Assembly (NCBI RefSeq): GCF_009914755.1
Contig: NC_060939.1
DNA from: the human T2T-CHM13v2.0 reference genome, Homo sapiens
Direction: 5' to 3' (one strand)
Length of the DNA stretch: 64,000 bases
How positions within the stretch are numbered: the first letter of the stretch is position 1; each line of letters begins with the position of its first letter. Positions 14,049-27,241 of this stretch are shown here, in pieces. The position numbers and the translations under genes were made by a program. Below the pieces are notes generated by a model. It saw nothing but the letters and a program-made list of their open reading frames with translations, was not told where the DNA came from and made no database searches.

Positions 14049-14984
14049 ATAACCAAACAATTGAAGAAAACCTCGCAGACCTGGAGAAATACACAAATCT
14101 TCAGATGAAAAGAGTCCAGAGAGTATCAATTGGGATGAAAACACAAACATATACATACCCCGATACATCATGTTAAAATTTAAGAATGTTAAGAATTAGG
14201 AGAAATATCCAGAAAACACTCATGTTACAAAAAGCAAATTATCCTCTTTTGTTTATGACAATAGAATTGGTGTCAGACTTTCTGCTAGTAATACTTTGTA
14301 TTAGAAGACAGAGACACTATTAAGCCCTGAGAAAAACGAATTTTAATTTATAATACTGAACTCACCTACACTGGCTGTGTTTCAACTATGAGAGTAAAAT
14401 AAAAATATCTGTTCAAGTACTACAAGATGATTACCCAAGACTGTCTCCGAAATAATTAATCCAGAGTATACCTAGCAAAGCAATAATAACAACAAAAACA
14501 AGAATCTAACAAGAGGAAAACATGAGGTGCAAGAAAGATGGATGAACAAAGAAACTGGTAAAGCTTGGAGTTAAGTTCAATTTTAAATTTAGAAAAAAAT
14601 GGACCAGGTAGTATGTCAGATAGTTCAAAATTCAGAATGTATAAAGGAGTATTTATAAATCTTTCTCACCCACTTTCCCCAATCAGTAGGTTTCTCCTCA
14701 GAGGAAGCCAATGTTATTAATTCTTGGGTCTCCTTTTAGAGATATTTTATGTGTATATAAGCAATTTAGCATCTATATGTATGTATGTCACTTACACTTT
14801 TTAAATTAGATGGCAGTATACCATATTTTGAACCTTCTAAAATTCTGTGAAGATTTGTCAAGGCTCTGTTTCTTTTGTTTGTTTGTGGCAAGGATATAGA
14901 TACTTATTACCCTAGACACAGAGAAGAAATTTGTTTAATTTATTTAATTATAAAGTTGTTAAATTTTATTAAATATGTATGTTA

Positions 14985-15373
<389 letters not shown>

Positions 15374-15726
15374 TCATTTCAACTAAATGCAGGATTAAAA
15401 AAACAAGAAACCAGACAAAAAATGTGGTCAAAGGAAAACAAAATAAAATAGCAGAAAAATCTAAATACCCCAAATTACAGTAAATGTATATGAGTTAAAT
15501 GTCTTCATAAACATGTAGACTCTGAGATATGTTTAAAAACAATAGCTAAATGCTTTTTATAAGGGGATACATAAAATCATGCAGAAGGATGGAAAATAAA
15601 TGGATGGTAAAACATGGATCATGCAAGTGTAAACTAAAATAAAGATTATATAGCAATATTAGTATTAGAAAAATAGAATTTAGGGCCAAAGATATTAATC
15701 TGGATAAAAGATTCTTGCATTTCATA

Positions 15727-16050
15727 CAGGTTGAGCACCCTGAAACTTTTTGTACATTGACATGATGCCACAATGGAAAATTCCATACCTGATGTCATGT
15801 GAACGGTCACAGTTAAAACACAGTCAAAACTTTGTTTTATTCACAAAATAATTTAAAATAGTGTAAAAAATTACATTCAGCCTATGTTTATAAGATATAC
15901 ATGAAACATAAATGAATTTCATGTTTAGAATTGGGTGCCATCCCCAAGATATCTTTTTACGTATATGAAACTATTTCAAAATCCAAAAAAAAATCTGAAA
16001 TCCAAAATAGTTCTGGTCCCAAGCATTCTGGATAAGGGATACTCAACCTG
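15727..16050 (+). mobile_element. Tigger4 (Zombi)-type non-autonomous DNA transposon
   Basis: Terminal inverted repeats CAGGTTGAG...CTCAACCTG flanked by TA on both sides. Confidence 0.88.
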
Positions 16051-16074
16051 TACTATTAAAAAATAGTCATGGAT

Positions 16075-16592
16075 TGCGTCTCCCCTGCACTTCTTGGTAG
16101 TCTGTTAGTGGGAGATCCTTGTCACCAGCCCTTCACCTCCTCCAGTGCCAAGGAGCCCTAGAAGTCCCCATCATGCATGAGTACATCTCCATCCACATTT
16201 GCTGGGCTGGTGTCCAGATTGGCAATGCCTGCTGGGAGTTCTACTGCCTGGAACACAGCATCCTGCCTGATGACCAGATGCCAGTGACAAGACCAGTGGG
16301 AGAGAAGACGCATCCTTCAACACCTTCTTCAGTGAGATGGGTACTGGCAAGCATGTGACCAGGGCAGTGTTTGTAGACCTGGAACCCATGGCTGTTGACA
16401 GAGTTCACACTGACACCTATTGTCAGCTCTTGAACCCTGAGCATTGCATCACAGGTAAGGAATACCTATGCCAGTAACTGTGCCGGTGGCCACTTACACC
16501 ATTGGCAAGGAGATCATTGACCTCGTCTTGGACTAAATTTGCAAGCTGGCTGACCAGTGCACAGGGCTTTAGGGTTTCTTGATTTTCCACAG
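16075..16592 (+). pseudogene. Processed alpha-tubulin pseudogene fragment, TUBA1C-like (5' UTR plus about codons 1-139)
   Basis: ATG at 16173 reads [37 protein letters not shown] (parent [37 protein letters not shown]), then frameshifts. Tubulin similarity continues to ...KLADQCTGL*GFLIFH. No introns at the three parental junctions. Upstream TTGGTAGTCTGTTAGTGGGAGATCCTTGT matches the TUBA1C 5' UTR as recalled. Confidence 0.92.
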
Positions 16593-18103
16593 ATAATACA
16601 TGCTCATTTTAGACACTCATGGAACACTTACAAATATTGATTGGGTATTAGTACACAAAAAACTCAGTAAATCTCAAAAAGCAGAAATCATATGGTTTAT
16701 TTTCTCCAACCTTAGTGCAATAAAATTATACATTTACCACCAAAAAGTACTCAAATCACACCAAATCTATCCATTTGGAATTTAAAAATACCTTTTTATG
16801 GGTTGATGAAGAATCCAAATTAAAATTACTAATTATTTGGAAATGAAAGATGTAAGAGAACTGCATATCAAAACTCATTGGATTTTGCTAAAGCAGTATT
16901 AAGAGAAAACTTTATGACCTTAAAGACAGGGAAAATTGAAAATAAAAATAACCACATTCAACTAAAAAGTATAAAAGACAGCAAAATAACACAAACGGAC
17001 ATAAAGATAAGAATAAAAAAGATGCAATAGAGTAACGGCCACAAAACCACAGTATACCTCATCAGTATAGCAAAAAGCTCTTCCTTTGAGAAGACCAATA
17101 CAGTATAACATCTTTTGACAAGTCTGACACAAATAATAAAAAGACACAAATAAATATCAGACAAATTCTATAGATTCACATGATATAGAAAGGATTATAA
17201 ATTATGAGCAGTTACTTTGTATGAATTTATAACAATTGAATATTTAGATAGAATGAATACTTTAAAATCCAAATTCCTAAAAAATACAGAAAAACTGGGT
17301 AAACCAATATATGTAGAAAAAATTGAAAAGGCAGCCAGCTGTTTATTCCTTAGAAAGACACCAGGCCAACATATTTTTCTATGTGAATTGTAACAAGCAT
17401 TCAAGAGGACATGTATTTCCTATGTAATATTAGCTTTTCTGGAATGTAGAAAGAGATAGAAAGCTTTCCAGAAGACTGGTATAATACAGATACTGAAACA
17501 TCAAAGATAGCACAGAAAAATAAAATTATACTCCAATCTCATGGACCAAATACTAAAACTCTAAATATATATTAATAGATATCAATTAGTTAATATTATA
17601 TTAATTATAATACACTAAATATTATATTAATAAATATTAATAGATGGAATCCCACAGGGTGTTTTTTCTTTTTAGGTTACTGCATCTTCACCAAGTGTGG
17701 TTTTTTCCTAGGAATGAAAGGATGGTTTAAACTTCAGTCATTAACATTAAAAAGTCTGTCATTAACAGATTGTGGAATTATCTCAACAGCTGTCATGAAG
17801 GCACGTGATGAAATTCAACATAGAACACTACTAAATTTTTTTAATGCTTGAGGACTATAAGGAAAAAGTTTCCTAATGAATATCATCCACTAGCACCATA
17901 CTTAGTATTGAAACATTTCATTGAAATGAGGAAAGACATGTGAAATTATAAGAAATAAGTGGTATTAAGACTGTAAAGGAGGATACAAAACTGTAATTAT
18001 TTGAAGAAATTATAATCAATCTAAACATTTAAGAAAACCAACTCAAAAACCATTGGAACTATAAGGTGAGATCAGCAAGGTGGATATAGATCAGAATATA
18101 TTT

Positions 18104-18354
18104 GGCTGGGTATGGTGGCTCATCCCTGTAATCCCAGCACTTTGGGAGGCTGAAGCAAGAGGATCACTTCCATCTAGGAGTTTGAGACCAGCATAGGCAA
18201 CATAGCTAGACCCCTTATCTACAAACAAAATCAAAAATTAGCTAGACTACTTGGGAGGCTGACGTGGGAGGATCGCTTGAGTTTGAGGCTGCAGTGAGCC
18301 ATGATCATGCCACTGCATTCAGCTTGGATGACAGGGTGAGACCCTGTCTCAAAA
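18104..18354 (+). mobile_element. AluJ with internal deletion
   Basis: J-type gaggctgcagtgagccatgatc; start of the right arm is missing. Confidence 0.85.
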
Positions 18355-19650
18355 TATGTATATATTCAATAGAGTTACTATAATAAATGTATATCGAACC
18401 TTCTGCTTTCTAAGTAGAAAATATGTCTTCTTTTAAAAAACCCTTGGGAAAGTTCGAAAAAAATTACTATATATTAATTCACAAGGAAAAGTCAGTAAAT
18501 TTCTCATATAAGAGATATATACAATTTTATCTTAATGCAAAAATTAGAAATATGTAACCAAAGTAGCAATTAAATAAATCTAGCCACTTGTAAATTGAAA
18601 TAAACCTCTCTCCTAAGCCAGCAGTATTGAATCAAAGGAAAAATAAAATGTGTGATTCTAAGTTATTCAGAAAACCATGAAAATGAAAAATTTTCAAACA
18701 GCCTTATGTTAACCTTAGGCTTACAGCCTAAGCTTTAATTAGAGAAAACTTCCTATTAAAGAATGAATAGAAATAAACTAAACTTCCAACTTATGACAGT
18801 AGAAAAACAAAATATACCTAAAGGAATTCAGAAGAAAAAAATTAATATAAACAAAAGCAGAAATTCAGTTAATTAGAAGAGTTAAAGCTTTCAAAAGGCT
18901 AAATTTAAACCTAGTCATTTGGGAACAACAGTAACAAAATGGATAGACTTCTAATTAGTTCTACCAAGAAAGAAATGAGGAAATATAGGTTCACAAAATT
19001 AGGAATAACCAAGTGGAATAAAAGATAAAAATAATAAAGTAATTTTTGGACAGCATGATTTTGTAGTTTGTAATCATTTGTGCTTTTCTTGTCTGGAAGC
19101 TAGTAAGATTAGTTCTAAATCTTTCTGTTTCAGAAATTTTGACTGGCTGTGTTTATGGGAGAGTTCCTTTCCAATGATTTTGCCTAAAATGGGGTCACCT
19201 TCTTCGGTCTGTGTTTGTAGATCTGACTTCAGCTTGGAAAAGTTTCTCACTATTACAATTGGAAACACTGTCTATATATTATAATGAAAACTGTTCTTTG
19301 ATCTCCACATCTGTTATTTTCTCTCTCATTGTTTTAATTTCATTATACTTTCCATCAGCATTTGCAGAGAAGCTTTAATATTTGCCTGTTTCTGTGTGAT
19401 TCAGATTTTTGAATTTTCTGTTCTGTTATTGCTTATATCTAGTACTTACATTCCTGTGTTATTGTAACTGCGCTTACCTCCTAACTTTACTACACTAGCT
19501 CCCTCTTAGCAAGAGTCTGTGACCTCATCATTCCATTTTTATCCCTTCTATCATTCTGTCCATTTGCCTTGCATTTAAAAGAGCAAAATCAGGAACCTGT
19601 CTAACATTTACTTTTTCTGATTTGAATAAATGCTTTAAAAAGTGTGCTTT

Positions 19651-19931
<281 letters not shown>

Positions 19932-20254
19932 GTGTGCTTTCCCTTGCCTTTTGAGGAGTATACCATTTTGTTTTCCCTGCACAAAAGCATCAAGGTTTGT
20001 TACAAGTTTGACATTTTTGACTGTCTGATTTCTCTGTCAGCCGTGGCTGGGGAGGGGAGGCAAGTAGCCACAGGGTAGAAGAGTAACCAGAGTCTAACAC
20101 TGTGCCCGAAGATATGAGAATAGACAGCAGTTGTATGAGGAGATCGGATGAAGATATTTAAAGGGCTGTATTTCAATCTAGTGTAATAATGGATGTTTAT
20201 ACCAATAATGGAGTCAACAAGAAAAGATTTCCTTAACTCATATATCTTTTTAAT

Positions 20255-20538
20255 TTTTTTTTTTGATATGGCGTCTGTTGCCCAGGTGGAGTGCAGTGGT
20301 GTGATCTCGGTTCACTGCAAGCTCTGCCTCTCAGGTTCACACCATTCTCCTGCCTCAGCCTCCTGAGTAGCTGGGACTACAGGTGCGTGCCACCACTCCC
20401 GGCTAATTTTTTGTATTTTTAGTAGAGACGGGGTTTCACCGTGCTAGCCAGGCTGGTCTCGATCTCCTGACCTCGTGATCTGCCTGCCTCGGCCTCTCAA
20501 AGTGCTGGGATTATAGGCGTGAGCCACTGCGCCCGGCC
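20255..20538 (-). mobile_element. AluY-like
   Basis: ctgcaagctc and ccattctcctgcc diagnostics; TSD ATATCTTTTT. Confidence 0.9.
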
Positions 20539-20846
20539 ATATCTTTTTTATTTTAAAAAAAGGCAAATTTTCTTCATGTGGGAAGTTCATTTATATAGCA
20601 TACTTAATTCTAATAGTTCCAGAAAAAGCAGGGCTTTGCTATATAGAGGAAGATAAAACCACACACGTGACTTAATATTTGCCAAAGACACCAAAAAATA
20701 TTTTTTTCTAATTTACATACTTCAGATTCCATGATTTTCTCATTCTCACTCTGTGTAAAGTAGAATTTTCTATCTCCATTAGCTAAAATGAGCAAGAATT
20801 GCCATATGGACACTCAAGTACATGTTGTCTCTGAGCATTAATTTTC

Positions 20847-21148
20847 TTTTAAAAAATTAATTAATTTTAATTGGCAAAAATTGTATATATTCATGATGTA
20901 CAACATGATGTTTTGAAATATGCATACATTGTGGACTGGCAAAGCTAATTAACATGTATTACTTCACATACTTATCATTGTTTTTATGGTGGGAACACTT
21001 AAAATCTCTTATCAATTTTCAAGAATCCAATACATCATTATTAAGTATAGTCACCTGTGTTGTACCGTAGAGCTCTTGAATTTATTTTACCTATCTAACT
21101 TAAATTTTGTATCCTTTGGCCAAATCTCCCTACTACCCTCCCCACAAA
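20847..21148 (-). mobile_element. 5'-truncated L1MA 3' end
   Basis: L1MA 3' UTR sequence between perfect 15-bp TSDs TGAGCATTAATTTTC (20832-20846, 21149-21163). Confidence 0.88.
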
Positions 21149-21268
21149 TGAGCATTAATTTTCAGTCAGTGGTTTGTCAGCAGGACTGTCGTGTTTGGGG
21201 TGTCTTACATATGCCTTCCTAGAGAAGCCATTTGTGTAATGTCAAAAGAGTGTGTTTGTTTATTATAT

Positions 21269-22121
21269 CGATGGGGACAGGAAGCAGGGAAACTCTGGGC
21301 ATAAGAGGGCGGGTCCCTGGCAAAGGCCCCACCCTCAAGCCTGGAACCCCAGCCCAAAGTGAGAACATGCATTCCTGTTTTCCTCCTCGAATGTTTGCCT
21401 TTTCCAAAACCACCCATGGCCTGCCCTGCCCCACATCCTGGACCCCTAAAAACCCCAGGCTCAGCTGGCAGAGAGCAGAGAAGAGGAGAAGCAACTGGAC
21501 ATCAGAGAGAAGCGGCTTGACTTCGGCTGGGCGGCTTGACAACGTTGCTTCAGAGAGGAGTCCACATGGGGAGTATCACCTTCCTGGTCCATCCCCTTTC
21601 CAGCTCCCTTTCCTGATGAGAGACACTTTCGTCGGCAATAAAATCCTCCACTCTTCAATTCATTCATGCAACCTGATTTTTCCTGGACGCTGGACAAGAG
21701 CTTGGGTGCCATTTGTGTGGATGCTAAAGGCTGTCATGCTGACCCTCTGTCCTCATTAGCGGAGAGCAACCACCTCACATGAAAAGGCAGAGAGCCCACT
21801 GAGTGGCATAACACTTAAGCTGGCAAAGCTAAAAGAGCACTGACTGTAACAGTCCTTCTGGGGCTTCAGGGGTCATAGGTACTTCCTCCTAGACACTGCT
21901 GTGGAGTCTGAATGGAGTTTTGCTCCTGCCAGCACCCAAAAGCACTTGCCCCGGCTCCTGCACCTGCTCACCTGTGTGCTTCCTTCCATGAGGGGTTGAG
22001 TGCAATAGGTTCCAGAGAGTGCAGTCCACCCCTGCCAGCACCCAAGCGACTGGCTAGTTCTAGCACCCATGCACTCCAGTTCCCAGTCGAGAAGGGGGTC
22101 AAGGAAACATTTTCTGTTTCA
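21269..22121 (+). mobile_element. ERV1 solo LTR (MER50-like)
   Basis: GATGGGGACAGGAAGCAGGGAAACTCTGGGC...CCCCACCCTCAAGCC start, internal AATAAA near 21638, TTTCA end. Confidence 0.8.
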
Positions 22122-22355
22122 AGATGAAGCTATCTACATTAATTCAATGAAGTGAAAAGTACATAGAGTGACACTTGGTTTATCTGGTGCCATTGGGCAA
22201 AATGTGTTATGAATAAATGCAATCTCATAAGTGCCTGTTGTCATGGAAAGAGGCTGTCTTTGGAACCAGACAAAGCTGTGTCAGGTACATTATCAAATGA
22301 CTTTCACATAATCTCTTCTTTAATTCCACAACAACCCTCTATCAGTTATTAGTGT

Positions 22356-22854
22356 TGTCAGCTGCAGGGAACATAATGCCATGCCAAAGGCTGTTCTAAC
22401 AAATAGGCCTGGGACAGTGGCTCAGTGATGCTCTCAAAATCCAGGCTCCTTTCCCTCTGTTCTTTGTACTCAGTGGGTTGGCCGTTCCTCTTATGGTTGC
22501 AAAATGGCACTGCAGCTTCAAGCACCACATTGAATTCCAAGGAAGAAAGAAGGAGAGAAGAGGTATAGAATTGCCTATGTCCCTTTGTCTTATTAATCAA
22601 GAATGTGATGTTTGCCCAGAAGCACCGACAGAAAATGACCAGTTTTCCCATCCTCCCTTGCAGTCTGAGTGGCCATGTGAACCAGTTCTGGTCAATGACA
22701 CGTAACTGGTTCACATGGCCACTCAGAGTGCAAGGGAGGCTGGGAAAGTGTGAACACTATAGTCTTGTTGACTTATGATTCACCACCTGGGGTTCTGTTA
22801 GCAAAAAAGAAAGGAGGGTGTGGATATTGGGTGTTAACTATCAGTGTCTGTCAC
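22356..22854 (-). mobile_element. Old MaLR LTR (MLT1J/K-like)
   Basis: tgcaagggaggctgggaaa, ggatattggg and the terminal gtctgtcaca motifs. Confidence 0.65.
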
Positions 22855-23109
22855 AAATCCTCTGTTTGCTTTACCCATGAAAATGTTCGTATTTAAATAC
22901 ATAACTGGATCAAAATCACCAGCTCTTGAATGACAGAGTTAATACATCAACTGCGGTCTATTGCTCATGTTCCTGTTTGCAGTTAACTGGGAACCTTTTG
23001 GGTAATGTGAATGATATTTACAATGATAGTTACATGATGAAGCTAGTCTCTTGTGAAAACAGTATACTTCGGGTTGGAAGTAGTTTCTGATTTTTTAAAA
23101 AGTGAAGTC

Positions 23110-23265
23110 AGCCAGGCATTGTGGCTCACACCTGTAATCCCAGTGCTTTAGGAGGCTGAAGTGAGAGGATTGCTTGAGCCCAGGAGTTGAGGCTGCAGTG
23201 AGCCATGATTGTACCACTGCACTCCAGCCTGAGTGACAAAGTGTGACCTTGCCTCTTAAAAAAAA
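23110..23265 (+). mobile_element. Alu monomer (FRAM/FAM-like)
   Basis: Single ~155-nt 7SL-derived arm with A tail. Confidence 0.8.
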
Positions 23266-24705
23266 TGAAATTTTCTTACTTATTAAACTGATGGAATAAA
23301 TACTTTTCAGTTTGTACTAATGTAAGGCAATAATGTAATATATGGCAATAATATAAGGCAAAGCTTTGCTATGGATTTTCTATGGGGAGTGCGAATAAAA
23401 GGATTAGAACTTAGAACTTTCATATACTTTACCTCTGTGTGGACATCGAGAAAAATGCCAAGACTAATAGAAGTGATGGGTTAGATGGGGTTTAAGAGAA
23501 GGCTGCCCAGATGATATGGTGTTAGGTGTCACTTGGAAGTTAGGTTAGATAAGGAAGTGTTGGGCTGCCCTCTTGCTGCAAGTGTCTGCAATCCTAGTTA
23601 GCTGAGAGCCAGTTCTGGCCATTTCTGAGGTTTGCTGCCTCCCTAATCCCACACTTGCATCCTGTTCCTGTTTTGCTTTCCTCTGCTGCTCGTCTTTCAC
23701 TTTCTCTTTCCTCACTTGGGAAGAGTGTTGAAACAACATTTCATTATTTGGCACTGCAAGGCAGTAGTAGTGTCCCCACTTTGGTCAGTTTCTGCTCTGG
23801 CAGGAGAAATGGTTTCAGTAAGTTTTTCCATTTCCTATTTGTTAGACTTCCTCTCAGGTACCCATCCAGATCTGTCCACAAGTGTGAGAGAAGGCTTGGA
23901 CGCTGTTCCTCTCACCATTTCAGAGCAGTAGTGGAAGTGACCCTGTGCCCTGGCTGAAGGACATTCTCCAAGGTCAGCTTTTAAGTGTTCCCCTGGAGGA
24001 CGAGAGGATTTATCTTTCCTTTTCAGACCATGTTCACATGTCATGAAATTCAAAATTTGGCCCTAACTGTTCATCATAGGTCCTTGTTTACTTTTTGTCT
24101 ACTTCGTAAGAATGGCTGTGGTGCAGTTTTGTTTTAATTAAGACAAACCGATGTCTCCCAAACATCCATTGCTCTCTGTGAGAAAGAAACAAAAGGAACA
24201 GTTTTGCTTGGCTGTTTAAGGATGGAGAAGCGGATCTTATTTCAGAACATGGGTCATCCTAGATGGACGAGGGCAGCTCAGGGTGGAGCAGCCATGAGAT
24301 CTGGCAGGTCCAGACTCCCTGGCACCAGAATGGCAGCTCTCAGCAAGTGTCTGCTTGGCGTCTCCTGGAGTCTTGTTGGCATGGAAGAGAGACCTTGTAC
24401 AACATTCCTCATATGTCATTCCCCTTAAAGAAAACATTTCTTCTCCTTTCTGTCTTCACCTCCAATCCCATGTTTGAGAATACAAATCAAACTTATTCTC
24501 GTTCATTCTAAAGGGAGTAGCACATCAAAAGTACACTGCTCCTTTCTTCAGTGCCTCTTACAAGGAGCCTGTGGGGATAGCAGCACTCTGCCCTTAGGGA
24601 ACTATAGTCTAGCAGGGAAAGAAGAATGACATATTAGTTGAAGTGGATCGTCAGTTCAAGATTGGTTACATCTTCATTATCAAGATTGTCATCCTTCATT
24701 GATCA

Positions 24706-25063
<358 letters not shown>

Positions 25064-25288
25064 ATACCACACACACAAAGAAGCAAGGAAGGAAAGAAAA
25101 GAAAGAAGAAAGAAACACAGCATGCATTTGTGACTTCACATACCTAAGAAGGAATTATTGGTATGAGGTGGTTCATATTAATGTAAAATAAGTGAACTGA
25201 TCTATATTTGCTACAGGACTTGTAAAGAGGAGTGGCCTGGGGAGTAGACCTTGAAAGACAGTGGGAGCCGGTATTTGGGGGCTGGGAG

Positions 25289-25827
25289 TGTTGCATGCTG
25301 GGTTTTCCAGGGAGCAGACCCTGAGAGGAGTTTAACATGCAAGATGGTTACTTGGGAGTTTCTTGGGATTGACACTCATGGAAGGAAGAGAATGAAGCAG
25401 GATGAGCAGTGGGAGGTGTCAAACTGAAATGCAGCCCCAAAGAAAGCCTTGGCACAGCCCACAAGAAACTCTGGAACAAGAATAGCATTTAGAGTTGTCC
25501 TAAGTTGGACTGAGCTGTCCTAAGTTAGACCCCTGCTTTGCTGAGTCACTGAATGTGTCCACAGGTGTGAGAGAAGGGCTGGATGCTGTGCCTCTCTCAC
25601 AGTTGCAGGGCAGTAGTGGAAATGACTCTGGCTGAAGGACATTCTCCAAGGTTAGCTTTTAATTTTCCCCTGGCCAGGGATGTGACCCTCAGAGAGATGC
25701 CTTCCTGCAACTAAGTCAACCACCGAAAAGACTGATGGCTAAAGGCTGTTTGATAGTACACTCTTGCAGCTAAGGCAACGAGAGCTTTATTGATGGGGAT
25801 TCTGGGCAGCTGTCAACATGTCACCAT
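25289..25827. mobile_element. Old ERVL-type LTR (LTR16/LTR33-like) inside L2-like sequence
   Basis: ctgggttttccagggagcagaccctgaga start motif typical of this LTR group; flanks are L2-like. Confidence 0.55.
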
Positions 25828-26891
25828 AGGAAGAATGGCATAAGCAAATGCATGCAGAACAGTTCTGATGAGCTGTGATGGACAGAACAATTGGACTGCA
25901 GTGGCTGTTACATTTGGAAGTGCAGTAGGAGGTGATGTTAGAGTGTTAGTAGGACGCAGGTGGAAGGTTCTAACTGCCCAGCTAAGGACTCTGAACTTTG
26001 TCCTGTGGACATTAAGAAAACACTAGATGGTCTGAGCAGTGGGGAGGTGTTACTAAGGTGTGAAATTGTGTTTTAAAGGGATACATCTGGCCTAGATGTA
26101 GAGGATGAATAGTAGTGGCAGGAGGTCCAAGGCAGGAAGATGGCCATAGACTAGTAATTCATGAAAGCGAATAGGGTGGGTCTCGAAAAGAGTCCTGGGT
26201 TGCAAGGTGAAATAACTGAGTTCTCATTCAAGCTCTTTGTCATTGACTTGACTGTGTAGGTCTTCCTCTTGGACCTCAATTTTGCCATCTGTAAAAATGA
26301 TAAGCTCAGAAGTCCCTTTCCAGATGTAACACTTTGTGGTTCTACCTTAAAGTGATCTGTTCGTTTGTGTTCCTTCAACTGCGTGCTCATTGAAAGATGT
26401 TGAAGACTAGTGTAGTGTGAAACCAGACTTCTGGAAACTTTATTTTGGATATTTGTTTATTAACTGATTCCTCCACTCTATGGCCTTGCAAATCTTTGTA
26501 TTTACACACAAAATTTGAAGCCAATGAATTATGGATTCAAGCTGAACCAGAGTCACGTATCAGCTATTACAAGCCTAAGGGTTTTGTTTCTTAATCAATT
26601 ACAGTATATCTGGTAACTCAACACAGCTACCTGGAATACAGAATTAGCTTTCCGTATTGCACAGGGATGGATTGTCTTCACCTAAGTTTCTACTTAAATA
26701 ATAATGAAAACGGGATTAACCCTGGCAGTAAAGAAATGAACCAGTTTGAGCCCATACTTGTTGAGGACTTAAGTAAATTATATTTCTTTTTCCCTTGTAA
26801 GTTTTGCATCATAGCTTGGTGTCATGCCCATAATCAGCAGATAATTTAGGGAAAAACAAAAGATAACAAATGACAAAGATAAATTCACTGA

Positions 26892-27241
<350 letters not shown>

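Noticed and set aside
17563-17645. AT-only stretch with repeated ATATTAATAGAT
   Set aside because: Low-complexity expansion in an old L1; no ordered structure I can defend.
21232-21759. 175-aa ORF
   Set aside because: Lies almost entirely within a GC-richer solo LTR; no recognisable domain.
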